A stretch of DNA of 54,793 nt from a virus (Duplodnaviria > Caudoviricetes): the IMG/VR virus record IMGVR_UViG_3300046373_000093, positions 1-54,793 of that record. One strand, given 5' to 3'. A program made the translations under genes and the position numbers. The notes below the pieces were generated by a model, which worked only from the letters and a program-made list of their open reading frames with translations, ran no database searches and was not told the origin of the DNA. Shown here piece by piece: positions 36,815 to 46,413 of the stretch (its first letter is position 1; every line of letters begins with the position of its first letter).

Positions 36815-37294
36815 TTACGCCGCTTTCCTCACCGACCCGGCCGCCATCGCAGTGATCGCCACACCCAGTGCCGGCCACGCGTGGGTCGAGATACCGTAGA
36901 GCGGTCCTGGCTTGCCCTTCGTGCCGACCTGGGGCGTGGCGCCGCCACCGGTGCGCGGGAACAGGTCGAGTAGCGCCTGGCGCACGTTCGCGTCCTTGGC
37001 CTTGTTGGTGCCGCACAGGTGCAGCTTCACGTCCTTACGGTAGACCAGCTCAACGTCCTCTGGGCTGCGCCAGGCCTGCTGGAAGCGGCCGATCCACACG
37101 CAGGTCTCGAACACCTCGCGCCCTACGGCCATGCCGTAGCTGGCGATCATCTCGATGGCGAGTCGGCCGTTGCCTGTGCCATGCACCACTTCCAGCATTT
37201 CATCATTCGGCAGCACACCGCAGGCCAGCACGCACACACCGTCATAGAAGCAGTAGCCCGTCTGGGTCGGGCCGGGGTCGAGGGCTAGGATCAT
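36815..37294 (-). CDS. RuvC-like Holliday junction resolvase
   Basis: ILALDPG...AIE...K..LCG...AKD. Confidence 0.8.
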   Translation of the reverse strand: MILALDPGPTQTGYCFYDGVCVLACGVLPNDEMLEVVHGTGNGRLAIEMIASYGMAVGREVFETCVWIGRFQQAWRSPEDVELVYRKDVKLHLCGTNKAKDANVRQALLDLFPRTGGGATPQVGTKGKPGPLYGISTHAWPALGVAITAMAAGSVRKAA

Positions 37295-37638
37295 CGGCCC
37301 GCCTCCAGGTGCGCAATCACAGCCGCCACGATCCCGTGCCGAAGTGCCGTATCGAGATCCTCGCCTTCGGCCCGGTCCCGCACCACGTCGTGCTCTGCTG
37401 GACCTCCAGGCGTGACGCCGACCAGCGCGCGGTGTGGCCACAGCCTCAGCCGGCGGACGTGCTGGGCCTGTAGCGGGCCGCAATCGCGCCAGTCGCCAGC
37501 CCAGTCCGGGACCCTCGCCTGATCGCGCGACTTCTGCGATCCGCCCGGCGGCCGGCCGAGCCAGGCGCCGCCGACGTTGACGATCTCCGTCCAGCCGAGC
37601 AGCTCGGCCAGGCGACGGTTTGCGTCGAGTGCAGTCAT
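37291..37638 (-). CDS. NinX-like protein
   Basis: NRRLAELLGW...PDWAGDWRDCGPL. Confidence 0.6.
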   Translation of the reverse strand: MTALDANRRLAELLGWTEIVNVGGAWLGRPPGGSQKSRDQARVPDWAGDWRDCGPLQAQHVRRLRLWPHRALVGVTPGGPAEHDVVRDRAEGEDLDTALRHGIVAAVIAHLEAGR

Positions 37639-37879
37639 GCTTCGGCTCCATCGAGGTTCAGCCGGACCCACGCCTTGCCATTGAACCGGAGCATGCCCTT
37701 CTTGCGCAGTGCCTGCAGGCGGCGGTCAATGACCCTGAAAACCGGCGTTGATGAGCCTTGGTGCGGCGCCGCCAGCGTGCGCAAGCTCTCGTTGTACTCG
37801 AGCTTCATTGCGGTATTTCCCCCCCCCTGATCAGACTCAGCAGCTCAGCGTCAAATGCGGTGTAGTCGGGTTTGCTCAT
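37635..37879 (-). pseudogene. Winged-helix-like small gene frameshifted at a G9 tract
   Basis: 245-nt span; two frames join at the G9 run (37819-37827). Confidence 0.7.
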
Positions 37880-37880
37880 G

Positions 37881-38147
37881 TCATCCTTTCGTTTGGGTTT
37901 GGACTGCATTGTTGTTTTGCTCTTGCGCGCGCTGCTGCGCTACCCACGCCTCACGCGCTGCCCTATTCGATGGTCGGGCGTACCGCACGCACGCCTTCGT
38001 CTTCCACGGCAGGAACGGATTGTTCAGCGGCGCCATGGTGCCTTCGTACCCCATGCAGCGGCCCAGGCCGATCTCGGCGTGCTTCGGGTATTCCTTCATC
38101 TTGAAGTGCTTGCACAGGGCGCAGATGTTGTCGGCCTGGGTGGTCAT
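37881..38147 (-). CDS. Cys-rich hypothetical protein
   Basis: CALCKHF...GRC...C. Confidence 0.65.
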   Translation of the reverse strand: MTTQADNICALCKHFKMKEYPKHAEIGLGRCMGYEGTMAPLNNPFLPWKTKACVRYARPSNRAAREAWVAQQRAQEQNNNAVQTQTKG

Positions 38148-38773
38148 GCGGCGCTCCCTGGCAACTGCGGCGGGCGGCTGGCGGCGATCTTCGGCGGCAC
38201 GGCCGCCTGCCCTCCCTCGATCACCTGGCGTGCGAGTGCGGCATTGCCCACCAGTCGTACGCACGGGCCGCCCAACTGCTTCGCCTGGTTGTGCGTGGTG
38301 GCAGCGCCCAGCAAGTACCGCGGGTAATCCGGCACCGCACCGGCGATCTTGAAGCCGCGGTAGCGCGTGATGAACTCCTTGGCGACGAACGGCCAGTTCT
38401 GATCCTCGTGGGAGCAGACCCGCACCCATCCACCCATGTCGGCCAGCACGCGGTGAATCACCGGGTCGTCGAAGGCGACGTCGGCCCATGGCCCGATCTG
38501 CCGCACGGCACCCTCGGCCTTCGACCACGCCAGCTGCGCCTGGTCTTCCGTGCGGCCCTGCAGCACCTTCGTGACGTCGGCGATCTTCGGCATGAACTGT
38601 CCGCTGTCCGGGTTCTGGACGTGCTGCCACAGCGCTCGCTCGATCGCCTTGTAGTCGTACTGCCTCAGGCCTTCCCAGTACAGGCCGATGGACGTCATGG
38701 ACAATTCGAAGCGGTAGTAATCCGCAATCCCTGTGATGAGCGTCACAAATTTTTCTTCATCTTCAAGCTGCAT
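38144..38773 (-). CDS. DUF6475-like replication-associated protein
   Basis: FMPKIAD...GPW..V.FDDP.IH.V...MGGW; follows replication protein. Confidence 0.75.
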   Translation of the reverse strand: MQLEDEEKFVTLITGIADYYRFELSMTSIGLYWEGLRQYDYKAIERALWQHVQNPDSGQFMPKIADVTKVLQGRTEDQAQLAWSKAEGAVRQIGPWADVAFDDPVIHRVLADMGGWVRVCSHEDQNWPFVAKEFITRYRGFKIAGAVPDYPRYLLGAATTHNQAKQLGGPCVRLVGNAALARQVIEGGQAAVPPKIAASRPPQLPGSAA

Positions 38774-39272
38774 TGCGACGTCCCTCCAACCAGCGCATGG
38801 CGTTCTGCGCCGTTGCTTGCCCTTGTTTCCCGAGCTGCTTCGGCTCGGCCTGCTGGCTCGACAGTTCGGCGCGGCGCCGCTGCATCACCAGCGTGTCCCA
38901 TTGCTTGCGCAGCTTGACCGGCGACTGGATGTTCGCGCACCAAAATGAGTCCTGCTGCGCCCATCGGAACAGGCCGCCGATCTCCTTTCGCGTACGGCCG
39001 TCGCACTCGCGCATGAGGCGAACATCGCGCGCCCAAGTCGTGAAGTTCGGGCCCTTGGCGGTCGGATTCACGGCACGCAGAACGTCGAACATCCAGCGGG
39101 CGCACTCCTCGTCCTCTTTGTCGCCCGGCTTCTGCTCACGCTTCTCCTTTGTTGGCACGAGCTGCACTGGGATGCTTTCGGCGGCATCCAGCAACGCCAG
39201 CAGCGTGGCCGAGTCGACGGTTACGGCCGGCAGCGACTGCGCGGCCTGGCGGAGGGCTTCGCGGCTAAGCAT
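38763..39272 (-). CDS. Replication protein (O-like C-terminal domain)
   Basis: WARDVRLMRECDGRT...WAQQDSFW..NI.SP.KLRKQWD. Confidence 0.75.
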   Translation of the reverse strand: MLSREALRQAAQSLPAVTVDSATLLALLDAAESIPVQLVPTKEKREQKPGDKEDEECARWMFDVLRAVNPTAKGPNFTTWARDVRLMRECDGRTRKEIGGLFRWAQQDSFWCANIQSPVKLRKQWDTLVMQRRRAELSSQQAEPKQLGKQGQATAQNAMRWLEGRRNAA

Positions 39273-39990
39273 GGGCGGCCTCCTCGCGCTGCTTCAGCTG
39301 CCACTTCGCCAACTCGCCGGCGACCCACTCCACGCCCTTGGAAGTGAACTTGGCCGTGCTGTAGGCGTGACCGCTGATCTGCGCGGTGCCAGCCCGCACC
39401 TCGAACCGGCCGGCCTCGATGTGCTGAGCATGCGCCGTCCATTCGCCGTTCAGGACGTACATGATCTTGGTGGCTCGCAGGAACTCGCGGAACTCCGGCT
39501 CCTTGACTTTTAGGAGCTTCGCCACCTGACGGAAGGTCATCAGACCAGTGGATTCCACGTAGCGGCCGACGAACTCGACGGCCGGTGCCGCGGCGGCGAG
39601 TTGCTCGGCCTGCGCCGTGATCACATCCTGCTGGTCAGCGGCCAAGCGCAGCGCCTCGGCGAAGGTGCGCGGCAGGGCCGGCACCGGCACCGGCGGCGCA
39701 CCGCGCTCCAGCTCTTGCCAGCGGTCGATGATCCGCGCACGCAGGTCGGCGTTATATCCCGAGACGACCACCAGCGTGTCGCGGAACGACAGCAGGAACT
39801 CGCTGTAGGTCTGGCCGTTCTGCGGGTGGTGGTAAGGGGTCTCGTTTCCAGCAATGACACCCTCAGCGATGAGGCGCCGTATGGTTTTCAGAACATTGTC
39901 GTGCGAGCTCCTGGTCAACTCAGCAATCTCGCGGCTCGACATCGTGACGTCGGCGCCGACGGTGGTTTGCAATGCAAGAATGCTTCCCAT
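39265..39990 (-). CDS. Rha / antirepressor KilAC-domain protein
   Basis: MSSREIAELT...IIDRWQELE...LPRTFAEALRLAAD...FRQVAKLL...FTSKG. Confidence 0.88.
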   Translation of the reverse strand: MGSILALQTTVGADVTMSSREIAELTRSSHDNVLKTIRRLIAEGVIAGNETPYHHPQNGQTYSEFLLSFRDTLVVVSGYNADLRARIIDRWQELERGAPPVPVPALPRTFAEALRLAADQQDVITAQAEQLAAAAPAVEFVGRYVESTGLMTFRQVAKLLKVKEPEFREFLRATKIMYVLNGEWTAHAQHIEAGRFEVRAGTAQISGHAYSTAKFTSKGVEWVAGELAKWQLKQREEAAHA

Positions 39991-40004
39991 GTCATTCCTT
40001 TCAA

Positions 40005-40685
40005 TCACAGCCCGAGGGCCGCAAAGATTCCTTGTTTCTTCTTCGTCACTTTTTGCAGGACGTACCGCGTGCGGCGCTTGATGTTGCGGTCCTCTCGGTA
40101 TGCCGGACTCTTCTGCAGTCGCGCGTGGCGGGCTGCCTTGCCCTCGACCGGCTTGCGCTTGTCCTTCTTCACGCCCACCGCGTAGACCGGCGTCCAGTCG
40201 CCGCCAGAGGTACCGCCGTGTACCTCCGAAGGGTGGCGCCAGTCGATGATGTACAGCTGGCGGTTGTCGGGCCGGCGCAGTTCGGTCACATACCGGCCGG
40301 CGGCATGGGTCACCATGTGCATGCATTTCGCCAGCTCGTGCCGAGTGCGCGGCCTCTCGGTAAGCAGCTTCAGGACTTGCTGCCGGCGCGCTACCGCGCT
40401 GACCTTCGGCGCCGGGCACGAGAGTGGAACGTATTCGACGTCTGGCTTGTCGCCCGCAGCAAAGATCGGAGCCGGCCGGCCGTGCCGCTGCTCGTGGCCG
40501 CAGATGAACACCTGGCGCGGCGCGGTGCGCAGCCGGTCCAGGTATCTCCTGGCGTTCTTCTGCCCCATGCCGAGGGCGGCGCACAGCTGGGTGATGGTCT
40601 TCGGTGCGGCGGTCAGGCTTTCGATGATCAGCGTTCTCTGCTGGATGCCGCGCTCGCGCAGGACGTTGGGGCTACGTTGTTTCAT
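40005..40685 (-). CDS. Tandem HTH protein
   Basis: Two winged-HTH-like repeats; GGAG-type RBS. Confidence 0.65.
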   Translation of the reverse strand: MKQRSPNVLRERGIQQRTLIIESLTAAPKTITQLCAALGMGQKNARRYLDRLRTAPRQVFICGHEQRHGRPAPIFAAGDKPDVEYVPLSCPAPKVSAVARRQQVLKLLTERPRTRHELAKCMHMVTHAAGRYVTELRRPDNRQLYIIDWRHPSEVHGGTSGGDWTPVYAVGVKKDKRKPVEGKAARHARLQKSPAYREDRNIKRRTRYVLQKVTKKKQGIFAALGL

Positions 40686-40871
40686 GCTGCCTCTCCTCGC
40701 TTTAGATAAACGCAGCCCAGATGGGATGGCCGGCAACGACGCGCCCGACCAGCAAACAGCCAAATGCAAGTAGGGCCTCGTCCAGGTGAAACTCCACCTT
40801 CCGCCCGCGCGCCTTTATCACCTTGCGGACCAGGTAGACAGTGGCGCCCAGCATCATCAACTCACCAATCG

Positions 40872-41411
40872 TCACGTGCATTTTTCGATTTCCTCGTTAA
40901 TATTTGCGGCGCAGTCAATCATGGCCATGCACTCGGCCAGCAACTCCCGCTCGGTGCCGTACCGCGCCTGGAAGGGTTTCTTCCGCCCGTGCAGGCTGAT
41001 CCGGCGGCGTGGGTCGGTGTCGTCCTGCAAATGGTGCGGGCCGCACAGCGGCAAGACCAAGAAGTGCGCGCCCGGCTTGGTTCGGCCGTCGACGTGGTGA
41101 AGGCTGATCGCACGGTTCGTCCAGCCGTCCTTGAGGCAGGCAATACACGGCAGCTTGCCCATGCGGTCCATGAAGCGGCTTTCCTCGGCGGTCGGTGGGC
41201 GACCCTTCATCCCGCGCGACTTCATCGGCTTGATCTGCTTCGCCGGCTTAGCTTCACGATCGCGCGTGACCTTGGCCTGAACCGCGGCGACGCGCAGCAT
41301 GCCGGCGCCGGCGGCCGGGGTCTTGCTGCTGGCGTGCGAGAATCCGGTCTGGCGCATTGGGGTCTTGCGCTGCAGGGGCTTGCCGGGCTTGAGGGTTGAG
41401 GTGCGCATCAT
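40872..41411 (-). CDS. Ref-like recombination nuclease (HNH-like)
   Basis: LPCIAC...LHH..GR......LPLCGPHH. Confidence 0.8.
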   Translation of the reverse strand: MMRTSTLKPGKPLQRKTPMRQTGFSHASSKTPAAGAGMLRVAAVQAKVTRDREAKPAKQIKPMKSRGMKGRPPTAEESRFMDRMGKLPCIACLKDGWTNRAISLHHVDGRTKPGAHFLVLPLCGPHHLQDDTDPRRRISLHGRKKPFQARYGTERELLAECMAMIDCAANINEEIEKCT

Positions 41412-41443
41412 GCTACGATTACCTTTTCAATAAGGAGATCGAC

Positions 41444-41692
41444 ATGGCGAAACAGCGCTTGAGCGAAGATGCCTACATCGCGGAACTGAATCGGCAACTG
41501 CAGCTGCACCCCGACTACGCTCCAGGGATGATGTTCCTGCCCTACCCCGACGGCGCGCGCGGCGGCAACATCACTGGTGTCGCGATCGCCGGCTTCGGCT
41601 ACAACCGCGCGTACATGGACACCAACAATGCTGTGCAAAATGAATTTGACGTCGAGCCGACGTACACCGGCTTCCAGCGGGAAGTGCGATAA
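41444..41692 (+). CDS. Lone counter-oriented hypothetical protein
   Basis: TAAGGAG RBS; fills the gap between two - strand genes. Confidence 0.7.
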   Translation: MAKQRLSEDAYIAELNRQLQLHPDYAPGMMFLPYPDGARGGNITGVAIAGFGYNRAYMDTNNAVQNEFDVEPTYTGFQREVR

Positions 41693-41697
41693 AGCAA

Positions 41698-42315
41698 TCA
41701 TGGCATCACCCGCTTGAACTCGATCACCCACACCCAGGGGTTGGCGTCCCAGCTGCCGGCGCCGTTGATGCGCTCCCACAAGTTGCGGTAATGGTCTCGG
41801 AAGCCGAGCGCCGACATGTTGCATTTCACGCCTTCGCACTCCGCATCGTTATGGCTGATGTCCTGCAGCCGCTCGACGCGCACCGACACGATCTCCAGCA
41901 GGATGCGGCTGGCCCAGCGTGGCATGTGGATGCTCGGGCGGCTGCGCCACTGGCGGTCTGGAAACTGGTGGTCCGGGCGCTTTGCGTCTGCTGCATAGAC
42001 AATTTCTCGCGATCCGCTCCAGTAGTAATCCTCATACTCGGCCTCCGGCCATCCCGGCGCGCACCACATTCCGCGCTGATGCCAGCTCTCGCGCACCCAT
42101 AAGCGGTGACCAGGCTCGCCATACGGGCAGAGCCCGGCCACCAATGGCGAGTGGATTGATGTTGTGGCTTTCTTCGTGGCGATCACCATGCCATCGCCGA
42201 TGAACTGGCGATCGTAGGTCGGCTGGACTTTGCAAACACTCCGCGTCTGTATCTTGCTGCCGTCGAGCAGCGCGCGCACCATCGGGCCGTTGAACAGGAT
42301 TGGGCGCTCTTTCAT
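41698..42315 (-). CDS. ASCH/PUA-like phage protein
   Basis: KERPILFNGPMVRALLDG.K.QTR...PSIHMPRWASRI...WDANPWVWVIEF. Confidence 0.8.
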   Translation of the reverse strand: MKERPILFNGPMVRALLDGSKIQTRSVCKVQPTYDRQFIGDGMVIATKKATTSIHSPLVAGLCPYGEPGHRLWVRESWHQRGMWCAPGWPEAEYEDYYWSGSREIVYAADAKRPDHQFPDRQWRSRPSIHMPRWASRILLEIVSVRVERLQDISHNDAECEGVKCNMSALGFRDHYRNLWERINGAGSWDANPWVWVIEFKRVMP

Positions 42316-43256
42316 GCGACCTCCGGGAAGCCATCGTGCTGCACGCCGTCGAGCAGGCGGCCGGCGGCCTTCTTGCCGGCCAGGCCCACCACCCACCCGT
42401 CAGCGGTGGTCGTCTTCTCGCGCACCGGCACGCCCTCAGCCTGGCCCAGCATGGGTAGCCACTCGCCCCATTGCTTGAACAAGAACGGCACGCCAGCCGC
42501 CGCGCACTGGTCGCGCAGGCTCCGGGCCCAGTCCGGACTCATCGGACGCGCACCAGGGCCGCTCTCGCCGCCGACGATGACCCAGTCCAGCGCCGGCAGG
42601 TCCGGGGACGGATTGCCATCGTCGTCCTCGCAGCCAGTGGAACCCGTCAGCGGGTAGATCTCGCGGTATCCATCGATGTCGATGCGCGTTAAGTCGACCG
42701 GACCCAGAAGTGGCTCCATGCTGAGGAACCGGCGGCGTGCCGGTATGGCCAGCAGCTTTGGGATGTCGCGGTCGGCCTCGGCCTGGTTGACGATCGTGGC
42801 TCCCAGCCAGACGTTGGGCGGCGGCGGCTTATGGATGCAGCCGATCATGCCCATTGCCGCCTGCGACATCGCGCGCGCATTACCGATGCGTTTGGTCAGC
42901 AGCAGCCAGTCGAGATTCGGCGTGGCATCGATCAATCGGAACAGGTCCACGCGCCACTGTGGATCGACCGCGTTATCGAACACATCGGCCAGGCTGGCGC
43001 AGAACACGCGCTGCCGGCGGCCGTGCTTGGCGAAGAACTCAGCGTGCGCGGAGTTCCAGGCCAGCGGCTTGCGCCAGTTCGCGGCGCTCGTGCGGCGCCG
43101 CAGCGCTCCCGGGCCCCAGTTCACGGCCTGGCCACCACCGAAGCGCGCGTTGCGGGTTTCGGCATAGCAGTGGTCGCAGCCCGGGCCAACCTTCTGACAG
43201 CCCTCCCACGGATTGAACGTATGGTCGGTCCACTCGATTTTGCTGTTCTCGCTCAT
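42312..43256 (-). CDS. Gp37/Gp68 (DUF5131) family protein
   Basis: IEWTDHTFNPWEGC.KVGPGCDHCYA; SMEPLLG; WVIVGGESG. Confidence 0.9.
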   Translation of the reverse strand: MSENSKIEWTDHTFNPWEGCQKVGPGCDHCYAETRNARFGGGQAVNWGPGALRRRTSAANWRKPLAWNSAHAEFFAKHGRRQRVFCASLADVFDNAVDPQWRVDLFRLIDATPNLDWLLLTKRIGNARAMSQAAMGMIGCIHKPPPPNVWLGATIVNQAEADRDIPKLLAIPARRRFLSMEPLLGPVDLTRIDIDGYREIYPLTGSTGCEDDDGNPSPDLPALDWVIVGGESGPGARPMSPDWARSLRDQCAAAGVPFLFKQWGEWLPMLGQAEGVPVREKTTTADGWVVGLAGKKAAGRLLDGVQHDGFPEVA

Positions 43257-43636
43257 ACGACCTCCACCGGCCACACGCCAGGCTTGACGCGCACACCCAT
43301 CTTCATCAGCGCTTGCGCGGTGTCGTACTGCGCCTGCCAGGCGGTTACAGGCTGGCGGCGCTCGACTGGCGGCGCATTGAAAAGAGCCATGATTGCGTCC
43401 TCGCCGGTGGTGGGCGGGCGCTTGCGGCGCAGGAAGAACGGGCGCTGAGCGGTTACATCACCATCCGCCCATTGAACCAAATAGGATTCAAGTAAGCGCA
43501 CTTTGCCGGATGTCGAATTGATCGACTGGCGTAGCTTGAGCGCACCAACGATTTTGCACTCCATCCCGTTTCTGTATTGGGCGTTGATGAAGTTTTGTCC
43601 GACACAGATTTCGCCAACTTTGAATTGCTCACCCAT
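43253..43636 (-). CDS. Hypothetical protein
   Basis: ORF in early operon. Confidence 0.6.
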   Translation of the reverse strand: MGEQFKVGEICVGQNFINAQYRNGMECKIVGALKLRQSINSTSGKVRLLESYLVQWADGDVTAQRPFFLRRKRPPTTGEDAIMALFNAPPVERRQPVTAWQAQYDTAQALMKMGVRVKPGVWPVEVV

Positions 43637-43638
43637 GA

Positions 43639-44028
43639 TCAGCCCCTGTGAAAAGTAGGATTCGCGCCATAGATGGCCGGCGCATCTGCGCGCGGGCCGC
43701 GGCGGTTCGGGATGTACTTCGGGCTCAAGCCCGGGCTCTTGAAGATGTCGCCGCGGTAGGCTGGCAGCGTCGGCGTACCCTCCTCCTCTTTCGGGCGGCG
43801 CCGCTCGAAATATCGCTTCGTGAACTCGGTGATGTCGATCCAGCCGGCGGCCGTCTTGCGCAGCCAGTCCACTTCGTAGGCGCGGTCGAGCTTCTTCTGG
43901 CGCGATTCCTCCGACCCAAGCTGAACCTCCTTGCACAGCGTTTCCAGTGGTTGCGGACCTTCTTTATCGATGAGCAGCGCCGCGCGGTAGATCGCGCTGG
44001 ACGGGCTCGGGATGGCTCCGTTGGTCAT
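43639..44028 (-). CDS. Hypothetical protein
   Basis: GGAGG RBS. Confidence 0.6.
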   Translation of the reverse strand: MTNGAIPSPSSAIYRAALLIDKEGPQPLETLCKEVQLGSEESRQKKLDRAYEVDWLRKTAAGWIDITEFTKRYFERRRPKEEEGTPTLPAYRGDIFKSPGLSPKYIPNRRGPRADAPAIYGANPTFHRG

Positions 44029-44137
44029 TGGTCGACCCTCCGAATGGTAAATTTTGCAAACTTGCAGCCGGCAGCATGCGGCTGACCTTGAAGTGCGCCG
44101 CGGTCGATGCAACGCGGCTCGGATTGGCGGATGTAGG

Positions 44138-44335
44138 TCATGCGGCCCCCTGAGTGTGCCGATATGTCCAGCCTCCGCTTGGGAAGCTGTACCCACTGAA
44201 GTCAGCAGAAGATCCCGCCTCGGCATCCCAGCGCCGCTCGACAGACTCCAGCCAAATCCAGTCGCCACCGACCTCTACCGGATGCCACGCAAACCAACGA
44301 TTCCATTCGTTACAGTTGTAGGCGGGCCACCTCAT
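44138..44335 (-). CDS. Trp-rich small protein
   Basis: W.RWFAWHPV...WIWLE.VERR motif. Confidence 0.65.
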   Translation of the reverse strand: MRWPAYNCNEWNRWFAWHPVEVGGDWIWLESVERRWDAEAGSSADFSGYSFPSGGWTYRHTQGAA

Positions 44336-45105
44336 CCAAGCATCTCCTTCTCGGCCAATTCGCAGAAAATCCCGCATTCGACTTCGCTCTCAGTCGGGTA
44401 ATCGCCAGCATCAGGTGGCAACTCATCCAGGAAAATTCGTTTTCCCTGAAACTTCACGAGACGAACCCCAAGGGCGCGAGACTGGCGTACACGCTCCTGG
44501 AACACGCGCGGGAAATCGACACGAATCTTGTTGAAGTAGCCCGCGCCGCCCTTCCAGCAACCCTTGCAGTTGTTGTTGCGGTAGCCCATGGCGTACATGC
44601 GTGGAATAGGGATGCCGGCGCGCTGCAGCATCGCTTTGCAGTCGGACTTCATCAGCCCCTTGTCGACTAGGATCGGCCATAGGTTGACGTAGTTGTTGGC
44701 GTCGATGAAGTCGTCGACTCGACCTTGCTCTTCGGCGGTGTAGCCGAAAACTTGGACATCGCCAGGCTTCTCGAATCGGTAGCGAACCTCCTTCTTCAGA
44801 ACGCGAGTGCACGCCGCGCCGTGCGGCCCCGACATGTAACGCTCGATGCGGGCCACTTCGTCCAACGTCGCCACTCCACCCTCGCCGCGGTACTTCTCGG
44901 CAGTCAGGATCATGATCGGCACACCAAACCAGGCTTCACACTCTCGGCCGAACCGGTTGTTGTCCTCATCCTCATCAGCAATTGCAATCCGCACAACGAC
45001 TAGCGGCAATGGGGTCGCACTACGCGCGTTCTCTTCAATTGCTAGCTTGGTAGCGACGGCCGACGCGGCGCCGCACGAAAACCAGCAGACGATTCGAGCG
45101 CTCAT
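44332..45105 (-). CDS. PAPS-reductase-like / PP-loop protein
   Basis: WFSCGAAS PP-loop; CTRVLKK; NNNC.GC.K. Confidence 0.8.
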   Translation of the reverse strand: MSARIVCWFSCGAASAVATKLAIEENARSATPLPLVVVRIAIADEDEDNNRFGRECEAWFGVPIMILTAEKYRGEGGVATLDEVARIERYMSGPHGAACTRVLKKEVRYRFEKPGDVQVFGYTAEEQGRVDDFIDANNYVNLWPILVDKGLMKSDCKAMLQRAGIPIPRMYAMGYRNNNCKGCWKGGAGYFNKIRVDFPRVFQERVRQSRALGVRLVKFQGKRIFLDELPPDAGDYPTESEVECGIFCELAEKEMLG

Positions 45106-45557
45106 GCTCGCGACTCCATAGCAACCGCGCCGGCGCCGAAGAATGCGGCAACCAGCGGATCCCTGGCGGGCTTAGCCCGGCTGACGCGGATCGCGTAGTG
45201 CTCGTCGTCCTCCAGGATGTGGAAGTGGCGGCGCGGGTCGCGAGCAGCGATCGCTTGCGGGGTGCGTGAAGCGGTCACCGGCCGGGCCGGCGCCTGGGTG
45301 GCGAGTTCAGCGAGGTATGCATCGACCTGGTCGACGCTCATGGCGAGGCGGATCATCGTCTCGGCGCCGGCCGGCACCTGCTTGACGCGGGATGCCAGGT
45401 CGGCGAGGTACTTGCGCACGCCCGACGGACCCATCTCGAGCAGGTCGCCGATCTCGTCGCGCGACATCGGGCCGGCCTGCAGCGCGGTGATCAGGGTGCG
45501 GATCTTCTCCAGGCGCTCGGCTGTGCGGGCGTGGGGGGCGTTGGTGACGCAGGTCAT
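45102..45557 (-). CDS. HTH protein
   Basis: MSRDEIGDLLEMGPSGVRKYL. Confidence 0.7.
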   Translation of the reverse strand: MTCVTNAPHARTAERLEKIRTLITALQAGPMSRDEIGDLLEMGPSGVRKYLADLASRVKQVPAGAETMIRLAMSVDQVDAYLAELATQAPARPVTASRTPQAIAARDPRRHFHILEDDEHYAIRVSRAKPARDPLVAAFFGAGAVAMESRA

Positions 45558-45886
45558 GCTGACACTCCGCCGGTGCGACGCACCCATACCCAGGCCGGCC
45601 CATCTTCGGTATCCGTGATCATCAGCGTGAACCAGCCATCGCCGGCAGGCGGTGCGGGATTCCACAGCGCGCAGCTGGCCGACTCCTCGTCGAAGTAGGC
45701 GATGTAGGCCGGATGGTCGATGGCCTCCCATTCGAGGTAGTCTTGGGTGACCTCCAGGCCCTGAGCTTCTAGCCATGCCTTCCATTCGGCATCCTGCCCC
45801 TCGTCGAGTTCCGGCATGCCGGGGTGATACCAGTGTCCATCCTTGTCGCGCTGCACCTGCAGCGGCTGAATCAGTGCGGCGTTCAT
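45554..45886 (-). CDS. Conserved phage hypothetical protein
   Basis: RDKDGHWYHP...W.P..P.G.GWF...I.DTEDGP. Confidence 0.7.
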   Translation of the reverse strand: MNAALIQPLQVQRDKDGHWYHPGMPELDEGQDAEWKAWLEAQGLEVTQDYLEWEAIDHPAYIAYFDEESASCALWNPAPPAGDGWFTLMITDTEDGPAWVWVRRTGGVSA

Positions 45887-46413
45887 TGTTCACCGCCGAT
45901 CATGGCGCGCGCAGCCGCACCCAGGTCGAGATCCGTGACGCTGTGGCGGCGGATGTTCTGGACGCCCAGGAAGTCCGGCGGGCACGCAAGCGCGATAAAT
46001 CCCCACACTGCTGCGCTGAGCAGGTCTTTCTGCTTGGGTGTGATGTTTGGGTAACCATCGGCCGCGTCACCGGCGAGCGCAGTGGCGCGCTGGCTCATGA
46101 GGACCAGGATGTCGTCGGCGCTGATCAGGTCGCTCAGCTTGATCGCCTTCTTCTCGCCGACGTAGACGATGTCGCCGGCGCGCAGCCAGTCGTTCGCGAT
46201 GATCAGGTTCGACAGGGTCTCAGCCTCGAAGCCCTCGTTCACGGTCGACCAGCACTGCACCGGCGCGGCCGAGGCGGTTGCTGCGGCCGCGTCGGTGCCG
46301 AGGCCGGTCCGCACGTAGCCCCAGTGTGCGGAGCGCGCTGCGAACCCGCCAGCCGTGGACGAAGACTGCTCTTCACCGGCGTGCGACGTCGGCGTGATTT
46401 TTTCTGCTAACAT
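45883..46413 (-). CDS. Hypothetical protein
   Basis: GAGG RBS. Confidence 0.6.
   Translation of the reverse strand: MLAEKITPTSHAGEEQSSSTAGGFAARSAHWGYVRTGLGTDAAAATASAAPVQCWSTVNEGFEAETLSNLIIANDWLRAGDIVYVGEKKAIKLSDLISADDILVLMSQRATALAGDAADGYPNITPKQKDLLSAAVWGFIALACPPDFLGVQNIRRHSVTDLDLGAAARAMIGGEQ

Noticed and set aside
39265-40584. 439-aa version of the Rha/antirepressor gene
   Set aside because: The upstream extension overlaps the tandem HTH gene; the likely start is 39990.
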